Source of the DNA: Candidatus Magasanikiibacteriota bacterium
Lineage (GTDB): Bacteria > Patescibacteriota > Patescibacteriia > Magasanikbacterales > UBA922
Direction of reading: 5' to 3'
Assembly (NCBI GenBank): GCA_014729395.1
Contig: WJJZ01000001.1
Coordinates: 3,634 to 67,633 of the forward strand
DNA: 64,000 nucleotides
The notes beneath the pieces were generated by a model that saw nothing but the letters and a program-made list of their open reading frames with translations, made no database searches and had not been told where the DNA came from. This document shows, one piece after another, positions 27,664 through 37,581 of this stretch (its first letter is position 1; every line of letters starts with the position of its first letter). A program made the position numbers and the translations under genes.

Positions 27664-28941
27664 TCACACCAGACGAAGTTCCGCCTGATGAAACAGATCT
27701 ACGGCCTGATCAAATGTTGGGGCAATGGCAATCAAGCCGGCTTTACCAAGACCCAGTGAAATGAGCGGGGTGTGATACATGAGCACACCCGAAGTGGAAT
27801 TACCATGATAAAACAGATCATCCAGCAGGGCACGTGCCTCGCTGTAGTCTTTGATCGACTTTCTTACCGAGACATTAGCCATTGCGACTACCACACCGGA
27901 GTCAAAATTTTCGACCACTGACCGGTGAACACCGGCCGTGTACATAGAATTCGACGTCCGTGCGTTGCATTCCAACAGAAAAATGTCATCATACTCTGTT
28001 AGAAGCAAGTCTAGACCAATCTTACCACGATAACCTGAATTCTGTACTACGGACATAAGCGGCATTGTCAACTCAACCGCCCTTTTCACAATCAACCATG
28101 ATAACGGACCCAAGTCACTACCGAAAGAGCCGACAATATTACCGCGGTGAGGAATACCACGTTTTAAGTCTTCCATCTGAACCAATTCCCCCATCGGCAC
28201 ACCATCCAAGACTTGTAGAGAGAAGCAATGCAAATGAATATCCATATCACTGATTTCAAAAACCAAAGAAAATGGATAGTGCTCATAAGCCTCTTCTACA
28301 ATCAATCGACTCGAATTTAACTCAGAGAGATCTCTATTTGATAAATCCTCTCCGGGGCCCAAAAAAACCATACCTTCTGATGAAGCCGCATCCGGAACTT
28401 TTACCACGAAACCGTGCGCATTACAGCGTTTACGAAGAGCAGTTCCCAATTCACCGTTTCCCGAATTCACGACCCGATGCTCCGGAAACAAATGAGACAA
28501 ACCCTTGCTAGAGGAGACCTTTCGCAAGTAATCTTTTCTACCCCAAATGTCGGCTATTTCCCTCCGCGGTGTGCAGGTGGTATCCCAGTCGAGCTCGGCG
28601 TCTCGAATAAAATTTTCAGCAGCCGGAGAAGCGCAAAAAAGATCTATCTTCGAGCCCTTGGAAACCACTCCCCTTACCATTCTCAAACTTTTAGAATCAG
28701 ACAAGACCCCGCCGTAAAGACCGGTGCCATTTACCGGCACTTCCACAACTTTAACTTTGGAACTTTTTACACCTGCTTCTTCATAATCACGCAGAAGCAG
28801 GGAAAGTTCCTCGTCACCGGAAGGCACCACTACTGTTCTACCGCCCAACAAGAGAGCGCGATAGCAGTACCTCTCTATGCCATCCACACGCTGTAGGTGC
28901 GGAAAGTCACCCGCAACATCGTGTATCGTCACGTTTCCCAT
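27664..28941 (-). CDS. ATP-grasp fold ligase (carboxylate-amine/peptide ligase type), elevated GC
   Basis: VVKVPDAASSEGMVFL (ATP-grasp P-loop-like) and IGLDLLLTEYDDIFLLECNAR (E-x-N-x-R catalytic motif). GGAGG Shine-Dalgarno 5 nt before the ATG. GC is visibly higher than the flanks. Confidence 0.6.
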   Translation of the reverse strand: MGNVTIHDVAGDFPHLQRVDGIERYCYRALLLGGRTVVVPSGDEELSLLLRDYEEAGVKSSKVKVVEVPVNGTGLYGGVLSDSKSLRMVRGVVSKGSKIDLFCASPAAENFIRDAELDWDTTCTPRREIADIWGRKDYLRKVSSSKGLSHLFPEHRVVNSGNGELGTALRKRCNAHGFVVKVPDAASSEGMVFLGPGEDLSNRDLSELNSSRLIVEEAYEHYPFSLVFEISDMDIHLHCFSLQVLDGVPMGELVQMEDLKRGIPHRGNIVGSFGSDLGPLSWLIVKRAVELTMPLMSVVQNSGYRGKIGLDLLLTEYDDIFLLECNARTSNSMYTAGVHRSVVENFDSGVVVAMANVSVRKSIKDYSEARALLDDLFYHGNSTSGVLMYHTPLISLGLGKAGLIAIAPTFDQAVDLFHQAELRLV

Positions 28942-29041
28942 GATATCCTCCGTGATTTTTTCCTTAGTAACAAAGGACTGGTCATATTACCAATATAATC
29001 AATCCATTATTAATAATATTTGAATGAACTAAATTAAAAAA

Positions 29042-29824
29042 CTACGAAATTTGAATAGCTTTTTTCTGTTTAATTTTTTCTTTCTGTAATTGTTGCTCAC
29101 TAACATAATCTACAAATAGATGAAGAACTTTTGCCGCTTCAGGGGTGTCTTTAAAGTCTTCAAGCAGTTCTTCCATAGTTGTACCTTTGGGTACATAATT
29201 GGGAAATAATTTCAGTCTGGCTCTCATTCTTTCTTGATTTAATTCGGGATGAAACATCAAACCCCAGGCGGGTTTATTTTTTAATCGAAAAGCCTGACAC
29301 GATACTTTTTTCGTTTTTGCCAACTGTAGCAAATGCGAAGGTAAATTAATTGGAGTGGTTTTATGACCAAATTGTGCTAAAAAAGTCGACTTTAACCGAC
29401 TGAAAATCGGATCTTTTTCCGAGTCAGGCAGCAATTCAACTTGAAACGTTCCAACTTCTTGAAATTTTTCATCAGTACTAAGATCAGCGCCTTGATGAAA
29501 TGATAATAAATGCCCACCATAACAAACACCCATTAATGGAATATTTTTTTCAAGTATAGAATCAATAAAACGAAGAGTATTTCTTATCCATTCATTATTT
29601 TTTACCTCTTCGGTACTCAAATAAAATTGTCCACTGCCACCCATTATAACACCGGCTACATCTTCCGGAATAAATTCGGGCAGCTCGCCTTTCGCTGCGT
29701 TTACATAAAACAGATCATATCCACAAGCTTTTAATTCTTCATTATAACAATCCTGCTCTTGGGGCTCGGATGCGTCTGTGCGAAACTGCACAATATAAAT
29801 CTTCTTTAAAATTTCATCGGGCAT
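29042..29824 (-). CDS. class I glutamine amidotransferase domain protein (GuaA-like GATase1)
   Basis: MGVCYGGHLL catalytic Cys motif and LMFHPE His-Glu motif. Confidence 0.7.
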   Translation of the reverse strand: MPDEILKKIYIVQFRTDASEPQEQDCYNEELKACGYDLFYVNAAKGELPEFIPEDVAGVIMGGSGQFYLSTEEVKNNEWIRNTLRFIDSILEKNIPLMGVCYGGHLLSFHQGADLSTDEKFQEVGTFQVELLPDSEKDPIFSRLKSTFLAQFGHKTTPINLPSHLLQLAKTKKVSCQAFRLKNKPAWGLMFHPELNQERMRARLKLFPNYVPKGTTMEELLEDFKDTPEAAKVLHLFVDYVSEQQLQKEKIKQKKAIQIS

Positions 29825-30047
29825 AATTTTTCTATTATTGATTAAAATTAATTTAATTTTAAACCGCCTATTCTTTAGGCGGCAGTGTTTCCAAGTATTT
29901 TTTGTTTTTTCTAAATACGCAAATCACTGCCCCCGGGAACTAGGAGTATAATATAAATAAATACAATCCATTGTGGCATGTGATTTTGCATATTAAAATT
30001 ATTATACTAATTTCTTGATTCACTTTCAATACTTGATTGTGGATATA

Positions 30048-30068
30048 GTTTTAGTGTGGTAAAACACT
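30048..30068. repeat. 21-bp palindromic direct repeat, left copy (GTTTTAGTGTGGTAAAACACT)
   Basis: 20/21 identical to 30654-30674. Internal inverted arms AGTGT/ACACT and GTTTTA/TAAAAC. Confidence 0.6.
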
Positions 30069-30151
30069 CTTCCGCTTCACCTGCTCACAATAATTTTATG
30101 AACAAATTGCGCGGACCCTTCAGACTTGGCCGCGCCATACTGAAGGGCCGT

Positions 30152-30364
30152 TTAACCAGGCCGGACTGTATTATTCTGCATGGAATAATCCAACCCGACG
30201 ATCACTCGATCCCAACTGTCCAATTGGGCCTCGAGTACTCTAGCCTCCTTTGTGTCCTCTCTTTCCCAGGCACTCAAAAGTGCCTCTTCAACCCTCCTCA
30301 TTTCCTCACCTACTTCTTTTAGCTGTTGGGCATAAAAGTGATAGGCTTTTCCATATTTAGTCAT
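30152..30364 (-). CDS. small hypothetical protein (70 aa), elevated GC, own promoter and strong SD
   Basis: MTKYGKAYHFYAQQLKEVGEEMRRVEEALLSAWEREDTKEARVLEAQLDSWDRVIVGLDYSMQNNTVRPG. AAGGAGG 6 nt upstream of the ATG. An overlapping plus-strand ORF (30056..30322) cannot be excluded. Confidence 0.35.
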   Translation of the reverse strand: MTKYGKAYHFYAQQLKEVGEEMRRVEEALLSAWEREDTKEARVLEAQLDSWDRVIVGLDYSMQNNTVRPG

Positions 30365-30500
30365 GTTGCACCTCCTTGTTTTTTCGAACGATTATCCGTT
30401 CGTGAAAACCCTCCCGGCTTTCACGAAAAGATAATTCGCCTCAAATTAAAACCATCCTGGTCTTCTCAGGATGGTTTACTTATAATTTTTTTATGCTCTT

Positions 30501-30529
30501 TATATATACGCATACTTTGCTTTTGTCAA
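30501..30529 (-). promoter_or_regulatory. near-consensus sigma70 promoter (TTGACA-N17-TATATA) for the small high-GC ORF
   Basis: The minus-strand reading is TTGACAAAAGCAAAGTATGCGTATATATA. Confidence 0.45.
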
Positions 30530-30653
30530 GTAAACCATCCTCGATGCCGGAATTAGGTTAATCACAATATTCATCACAAAATATGCCTTCCAGCTGAGGT
30601 TGCCTGCATAAAAGCGAATTGTATGAGTAAAATTATTCATAATTTTTTCTTCA

Positions 30654-30674
30654 TGTTTTAGTGTAGTAAAACAC
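30654..30674. repeat. 21-bp palindromic direct repeat, right copy (GTTTTAGTGTAGTAAAACACT)
   Basis: See 30048-30068. The two copies flank ~600 bp of higher-GC DNA. Confidence 0.6.
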
Positions 30675-30739
30675 TAACAGATTGTCAACAGATTTATCCA
30701 CAACTACACAGTAACAAAACAACCTAACGCCTTCAATAA

Positions 30740-31219
30740 TTACTCCCTTTCATCCTCCATGTAAACATGAAGGTACTCGGTTTTATCGTAATCAAATATT
30801 TCTTCTTCTTTAAAAAATCTTGGGACTTCTTGTTTAGCGGTATCAACCGAATCCGAGCAATGGACTACATTGCACATACCCATTGCTAAATCCCCTCTAA
30901 TGGTACCACCATCGGCTTCACCTGCATTTGTAACGCCGGCTATCAAACGTACGGCTGCGACTGCATTTTTACCCTCGGCACAAACCACTACCACAGGAGA
31001 AGATTTCATAAATTCTTCCAATCCCGGATAAAAAGGTTTTTCAACATGATGAGCATAATGTTCACGAAGTTTTTCTGTATCCAAAATCATCATTTTTAAA
31101 CCCACAACTTTCAATCCTTTCATCTCCAATCTTTTAAGAATCTCACCAACTAAGCTGCGTTGTACAGCATCCGGTTTTAAAATAAGAAGAGTTTTTTCAT
31201 AAATGCCTTCAAAATTCAT
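30740..31219 (-). CDS. ndk: nucleoside diphosphate kinase
   Basis: LKPDAVQR, GTIRGD and NVVHCSDS (active-site His) motifs. Confidence 0.9.
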   Translation of the reverse strand: MNFEGIYEKTLLILKPDAVQRSLVGEILKRLEMKGLKVVGLKMMILDTEKLREHYAHHVEKPFYPGLEEFMKSSPVVVVCAEGKNAVAAVRLIAGVTNAGEADGGTIRGDLAMGMCNVVHCSDSVDTAKQEVPRFFKEEEIFDYDKTEYLHVYMEDERE

Positions 31220-31423
31220 ATAATTTGCTTTAATTTGTTAAAAAGTTTGGGTAATTATAGCGAAAAAGAGGGTGTTTGTCAAGGAAATCATGTCAAAGTC
31301 TATTTTTATCAAAAACCCCGCACGGACGAACCAATGCGGGGGTTTGGGGGTTGTGGCCAAAAATTGCAGCGAGGCGTCCCGATTTAGTCGGGACCAAAGA
31401 TCAATTTCAAGGACACCAAGCAA

Positions 31424-31912
31424 CTACTTGCGACGGAGAACCCGATCGTAGACGCCCCAGACGTCGTCGAGCCAGTACCAGTCCCGAACCCACTCCTCGA
31501 CGTTGTTCCAGTAAACGCGACCGGCGTGCTCGGGATGGTCGGGAAGACGCCAGTCCTGGATCACGAAGACGAACTTGCGGAACTCGGACGGGATGTCCTG
31601 CCGGTTTTTGAACAGGTACCGGCCTTCGTCCTCTCCGCAAGGGTGTCCAGTCATCGCGTCCGTTCGCTTGATCATCGTGTGACCGACGACCGAGATCTCG
31701 CCGTCCCGCAGGAAGGCGTGTACCTCGTACGAACGGTTCTCGGGACCGATGTTCTCCATCGTGAGGATGTCAGGCTTGCCACTCTTGAGAGCGGCACGCA
31801 GAACGGTCGCCAGCCGTCCCTGATCCTCGATAAAGGTTTGTTTCTCGCTGGTTGTAAGATCGTCAGGCAGTTGCCTGATGACCGATGCGACGAACTCTCT
31901 GTCCTGATTCAT
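31424..31912 (-). CDS. hypothetical protein encoded by a ~60% GC segment (probable horizontal acquisition)
   Basis: Continuous ORF. Start assigned to the internal Met (MNQDREFVAS...) because AAGGAG lies 7 nt upstream. The ORF track extends it to 31981 into low-GC DNA. No confident family assignment. Confidence 0.5.
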   Translation of the reverse strand: MNQDREFVASVIRQLPDDLTTSEKQTFIEDQGRLATVLRAALKSGKPDILTMENIGPENRSYEVHAFLRDGEISVVGHTMIKRTDAMTGHPCGEDEGRYLFKNRQDIPSEFRKFVFVIQDWRLPDHPEHAGRVYWNNVEEWVRDWYWLDDVWGVYDRVLRRK

Positions 31913-32178
31913 TTTCTTTCTCCTTGGGCTTACCCCTTTGGGCTTACCCTGCTTTGGTCGAGAGAAATCCCCAACCTTCATTTGAATAACAATATTTTGT
32001 TAGTCAAAAGAAAGCAAGGAAAATCTATAACTAAAGAACAAATTTAACGCTTAATTATGGCATAAAAGTGCTAATTTGTCAAGCTACTTTATAATAATCA
32101 AAAATAAAAAATAGCTAAATTTAGCCATTTTTAATAACCAATCAGAATAAAATCCTGCGAACTGATCACTGTGAACTG

Positions 32179-34191
32179 TTAAAGTTCATCAATGCCTTTC
32201 AAAAAACTGGTTCTTAGACCACCTTCGTCCATCGGCTCGTAGACAATATCATCAACGTCGTCACTGGGGTCAAGAAAGGCAGTGCTTTCTCCCAAAGACG
32301 AACCGGAAACCAGATCATTATCAAGTTCTTCCAAAAACAAACTGGGGCCTTGCAAATAACTGGTAATCCCTCCAACAATCGGATATGTTATGTGTAAATA
32401 TTTTTTAGCTCTGGTAACCGCTACATAAAATAAGCGTCTTTCTTCTTCCAAACCATCCTCAATCCTTGATCTCTCATTTGGGAACTGACCGGCAGCCAGA
32501 TTTATCACAAAAACAGCCTCCCATTCCAATCCTTTGGCCTGATGAATAGTGGATAAAACTATTTTTTCATCGTCAAATTCCGTTATGTCCCCCACCTGAC
32601 TACTGGCGTAACTCTCTTGCAAACTGGCTTCGGCCAAAAATCTATTTAAGTCACTTGCTCTCTCGGCAAATAAAGCCAACTGCTCAATATCTTGTATTCT
32701 CTCTCTATAGTCCGGATGTTCTGCTTCTAAATACTCAACATATTTTGATTTTAAAATTGCCCGGATCAAGTCAGTCGGTTTTTTTTCTTTTTCCTTTTCA
32801 AGTTCTTTCCAAATGGACAAAAAATCATTCCAGCCGATTATGGCCCTTGCCGGTAAAGAATTGGTTATCATACCCAAACCGGTTCCGCTTCTAACATCTT
32901 GGATTATCTTCTGTGCCGTGGCCGGACCAATACCGACTTGCATATTCAAAACTCTACTCCAAGCGATTGCGTCTTCAATATTATTTATGATTTTTAAATA
33001 AGCCAAAACATCTTTGATATGAGCCCTCTCAAAAAACCTAATTCCACCACGATAATCATAAGGTATGTCACGTTTGGCAAGTTCCATTTCCAAAGCTTGC
33101 GAATGAAAAGCGGCCCGAAATAAAACCGCAATTTTATTCAGTTCAACTCCTTCGTCACGCAATTCTAAAATTCTCTCAGCCACAAATTCCGCCTCTTCTT
33201 GGCTGTCGGCAAAAGCCTGCACTTCGGGCTTGGTAAATGCACCTAAAATACTTTTCAAATTTTTCTCGTATTGATTTTTGTTTCCGGCGATAATATTATT
33301 GGCAAGATCAAGTATATCCGGAGTGGATCTGTAATTTGTCTCCAAACGATAGACATGTGCATTTGGATATGTACGTTCAAAATCCAATATATTTTGAATA
33401 TTGGCCGCCCTAAAAGAATAAATACTTTGAGCATCGTCCCCCACAACCAATAAATTTTTGTGGTATGAAGCAAATAATTTTATTATGGAAGCCTGAATTT
33501 TATTTGTATCTTGATATTCATCCACCAAAACATATTCAAATTGTTCACTATATTTTTTTCTAACTCGCTCTGATTTTATGAGAAGCAAATATAAATTTAC
33601 AAGCAAATCATCAAAGTCCATTGCATTGGCCTGTTTTTTCCTTTTGCTGTATTCTTCGGCAATCCTAGCTATGGTATCCGACAAATCAATCCACTTTGGA
33701 TGTTTTAACTCCAGCACATCATGAATACTAATCTCGGCATTTCTGGCATAGCTGATGATAGACTGGATTACCTTTGCTGAAGGAAATCTTCTTTGTTTCC
33801 TGTTCACTCCTTCCAATTTTAAACAAATTTTTAATAAATCACGACTGTCCTCAGAATCTAAAATGGTAAAATTATTTTTATATCCCAAAAGCGGAGCATA
33901 GCGACGTAAAATTCTATACCCAACATGATGAAAAGTCCCGGACCAGGGCAATTTTATTTTACCGCCCGTGAGCTCTTGAACCCGCGACATCATCTCGCGG
34001 GCGGCTTTATTGGTAAAAGTAACCAATAATATATTATCCGGGCTAATTCCCTGCTCCAACAAATAGGCAACTCTAAAAGTAATTGTTCTTGTTTTGCCAC
34101 TTCCGGCCCCAGCCAAAACCAAACACGGACCATCGCCTTGGACCACCACTTTATATTGTTCTTTGTTTAAATCTTTTTTAAAATCAATCAT
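32179..34191 (-). CDS. UvrD/PcrA/Rep family ATP-dependent DNA helicase
   Basis: Walker A GAGSGKTRTITFRVAYLL, VDEYQDTN and SF1 motifs throughout the 670 aa. Confidence 0.85.
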   Translation of the reverse strand: MIDFKKDLNKEQYKVVVQGDGPCLVLAGAGSGKTRTITFRVAYLLEQGISPDNILLVTFTNKAAREMMSRVQELTGGKIKLPWSGTFHHVGYRILRRYAPLLGYKNNFTILDSEDSRDLLKICLKLEGVNRKQRRFPSAKVIQSIISYARNAEISIHDVLELKHPKWIDLSDTIARIAEEYSKRKKQANAMDFDDLLVNLYLLLIKSERVRKKYSEQFEYVLVDEYQDTNKIQASIIKLFASYHKNLLVVGDDAQSIYSFRAANIQNILDFERTYPNAHVYRLETNYRSTPDILDLANNIIAGNKNQYEKNLKSILGAFTKPEVQAFADSQEEAEFVAERILELRDEGVELNKIAVLFRAAFHSQALEMELAKRDIPYDYRGGIRFFERAHIKDVLAYLKIINNIEDAIAWSRVLNMQVGIGPATAQKIIQDVRSGTGLGMITNSLPARAIIGWNDFLSIWKELEKEKEKKPTDLIRAILKSKYVEYLEAEHPDYRERIQDIEQLALFAERASDLNRFLAEASLQESYASSQVGDITEFDDEKIVLSTIHQAKGLEWEAVFVINLAAGQFPNERSRIEDGLEEERRLFYVAVTRAKKYLHITYPIVGGITSYLQGPSLFLEELDNDLVSGSSLGESTAFLDPSDDVDDIVYEPMDEGGLRTSFLKGIDEL

Positions 34192-34193
34192 AA

Positions 34194-34544
34194 CTATTCT
34201 ATTTTGGCAAAACCATCAAAATGTATGGTTTCATCATTTTTTTTAAATACCTCCTCTACCCTATATTTACCACTTGTATAAATTTCATCGTCTAAAATAA
34301 AATGCCTAGCTTCCAGAATCACAATACTTGCCAGTGGGCGTGACAATTCCTGATTACCTTTGGTTTCCAATAAGGGAATTTCTCCCTCAAGCCAATAATT
34401 TCTCTGACCCTTCTTCAAAAAATTATAAACCTGTCCAACCACCAACTCATCCGAAATACATTCTTCTGCTTTTCTATTGCCATTTTTGAATTCAAAATAA
34501 TTTCTTAGAGCCAAATCCGGATTAAATTCTACTTGGATACCCAT
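34194..34544 (-). CDS. hypothetical small protein, translationally adjacent to the helicase
   Basis: 116-aa ORF ending 2 nt before the helicase start. Possible small nucleic-acid-binding beta-barrel (ASCH/PUA-like), weak. Confidence 0.35.
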   Translation of the reverse strand: MGIQVEFNPDLALRNYFEFKNGNRKAEECISDELVVGQVYNFLKKGQRNYWLEGEIPLLETKGNQELSRPLASIVILEARHFILDDEIYTSGKYRVEEVFKKNDETIHFDGFAKIE

Positions 34545-34615
34545 AAATAAAAATTATTATAATCAACTAATTAAACAAAAAGTAGGAATACAGACTCATC
34601 ACACAACAACGCTTT

Positions 34616-34641
34616 GTCATTCCCGCGAAGGCGGGAATGAC
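34616..34641. repeat. REP-like perfect palindrome GTCATTCCCGCGAAGGCGGGAATGAC
   Basis: 11-bp arms around a GAAG loop. The same unit is present twice, inverted, at 62672-62743. Confidence 0.6.
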
Positions 34642-34755
34642 ATGGCAACACTAAAATTTATCCAGTGAATCCGGAGCTAGAAAAAAGACTTTAAATCAAT
34701 CATAGTTAACTTAGTGTATCTAATATTGAAAAAATTAGCAAAAAAGGGTATTATA

Positions 34756-36125
<1,370 letters not shown>

Positions 36126-36130
36126 TGGGA

Positions 36131-36159
36131 TTGACAAAATCATCTAAATTTAGTAATTT
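36131..36159 (+). promoter_or_regulatory. near-consensus sigma70 promoter (TTGACA-N17-TAATTT)
   Basis: TTGACAAAATCATCTAAATTTAGTAATTT, directly after the tgt stop and upstream of two SD-preceded small ORFs. Confidence 0.45.
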
Positions 36160-36192
36160 TCAACTATCTTCAAATCACAGAAGGAGGGTGAC

Positions 36193-36306
36193 ATGTGGCT
36201 TTACAACAAAACAAGAGAAGTTATATTCAATATCATGATTTCTCTTATCGACCGTATGGGCGGAAGCGACCTTCTCTTCTTCGTCAGCAAAACACCAAAA
36301 CCATAA
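36193..36306 (+). CDS. small ORF (37 aa) with strong Shine-Dalgarno
   Basis: AAGGAGGGTGAC-ATG. MWLYNKTREVIFNIMISLIDRMGGSDLLFFVSKTPKP. Confidence 0.35.
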   Translation: MWLYNKTREVIFNIMISLIDRMGGSDLLFFVSKTPKP

Positions 36307-36321
36307 TCATAAGGAGATAAG

Positions 36322-36423
36322 ATGGAATTCATCTTACAAGTTCTTTTCTGGTTTTTTTTAGAGTATCAAACCGTATCATTTCATTCATACTCTAAAACGA
36401 GGGCTGGATATAATGGTATATGA
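36322..36423 (+). CDS. small hydrophobic ORF (33 aa) with strong Shine-Dalgarno
   Basis: TAAGGAGATAAG-ATG. MEFILQVLFWFFLEYQTVSFHSYSKTRAGYNGI. The stop overlaps the terminator hairpin. Confidence 0.35.
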   Translation: MEFILQVLFWFFLEYQTVSFHSYSKTRAGYNGI

Positions 36424-36458
36424 AAAACCCCATCTCAAAAGAGACGGGGTCTTTTTTA
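36423..36458. terminator. bidirectional rho-independent terminator (convergent tgt/small-ORF unit and adk)
   Basis: AAAAA-CCCCATCTC-AAAA-GAGACGGGG-TCTTTTTT. Confidence 0.6.
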
Positions 36459-36468
36459 TCATCTAAAA

Positions 36469-37128
36469 CTATTTTAACACCTGATCTATTTCTTTCTCCA
36501 CCTCTTCTATACTCTTCTCACCATCCACCTCTCTTAACAATCCCATATCTCTATAATAATCCAAAATCGGTTTTAAAGTCTTGTTACCCTGATCTTCAAT
36601 CCTCTTTTTTATAACTTCGGGCTTATCATCCTCTCTCACTTCCAAAGCCCCGCCGCATTCCGGACACTTGGTCATAGCTTCATTTTCCGGTGAGTATGGC
36701 AAAATATAACTACATTCAGCGCAAACCCTACGCTTGGTTAGCCTATTCCAACTGGATTCGTCGCTTATTTTCACTTCGATAACAATTATTTCATTTTTCA
36801 AGCCTTTCTCTTTAAAAAAATCATAATATTTTTTGGCTTGATCTAAATTACGAATTGCACCATCCAAAACCACGCCTTTATCTTGAGATAAATATTTTTC
36901 AATTTCTTTAAAAGCCAACTTGTAAATAAGTTCATCAGCCACGAGTCTCCCGGCTTTCATGTCTTCAAGCATTTTCTTATCCCCCGGATCCGCATTCTCG
37001 TCTTCTGCCAAAGCTCGCAATAAATCACCGGTTGAAATATGACCATAATTATATTTTTCAGAAATTTTTTTAGCTTGAGTACCCTTACCACTACCGGGGG
37101 CACCCATGAGTATTATTATTTTTTTCAT
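36469..37128 (-). CDS. adk: adenylate kinase (zinc-lid type)
   Basis: GAPGSGKGTQ P-loop. Lid CAECSYILPYSPENEAMTKCPECGG with four Cys. Confidence 0.9.
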   Translation of the reverse strand: MKKIIILMGAPGSGKGTQAKKISEKYNYGHISTGDLLRALAEDENADPGDKKMLEDMKAGRLVADELIYKLAFKEIEKYLSQDKGVVLDGAIRNLDQAKKYYDFFKEKGLKNEIIVIEVKISDESSWNRLTKRRVCAECSYILPYSPENEAMTKCPECGGALEVREDDKPEVIKKRIEDQGNKTLKPILDYYRDMGLLREVDGEKSIEEVEKEIDQVLK

Positions 37129-37173
37129 ATAATTTATAGTTGTAAGTAATGACTAAGAAACCAACTTACAGCT

Positions 37174-37518
37174 CTACAACTTACTATAATATTTTACAAA
37201 CACACTCATTAAATTGCCTTTATCAATCTTGCTGATTTTATTCTGTTTTTTTAATCGTGTTAGAACCTCATCAATTTGACGCAAAGAAATGCGGCCATCA
37301 CCACGGCGACGCTCAATTATCGCCTTTTCGACTAAAGTTTCTTCCAAGTGATTCAATGTCTTGACTTTTGTTTGCGAAACCAATTCCTTGATTTTATCAA
37401 TACTAAGCTGTTTTTCAGTTTGAGGATATTTTGAGGAAGAGCCAAATAATAAACTTAAAATGGACATAATGTTTTGATTTTGCCTAAATATATTAGCATA
37501 ATAAAAGCCTACTAACAA
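37174..37518 (-). CDS. hypothetical protein between secY and adk
   Basis: 114-aa ORF. The true start may be the internal Met (MSILSLLFGSS). No recognised family. Confidence 0.4.
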   Translation of the reverse strand: MLVGFYYANIFRQNQNIMSILSLLFGSSSKYPQTEKQLSIDKIKELVSQTKVKTLNHLEETLVEKAIIERRRGDGRISLRQIDEVLTRLKKQNKISKIDKGNLMSVFVKYYSKL

Positions 37519-37581
37519 ACAGTAGGATGTATATTTTTTTCAAATAGATAAACACGATACACGATATACTATAATATCGTA

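Noticed and set aside
30056-30322. 88-aa plus-strand ORF with a GTG start inside the left 21-bp repeat
   Set aside because: Overlaps the minus-strand 70-aa ORF that has a clear promoter and SD. Kept only as an alternative in the feature note.
31276-31640. ORFs 31276-31611 (+) and 31407-31640 (-) rich in Arg/Pro
   Set aside because: Alternative frames of the 60% GC segment. High GC suppresses stops. The 31424-31912 frame has the SD and protein-like composition.
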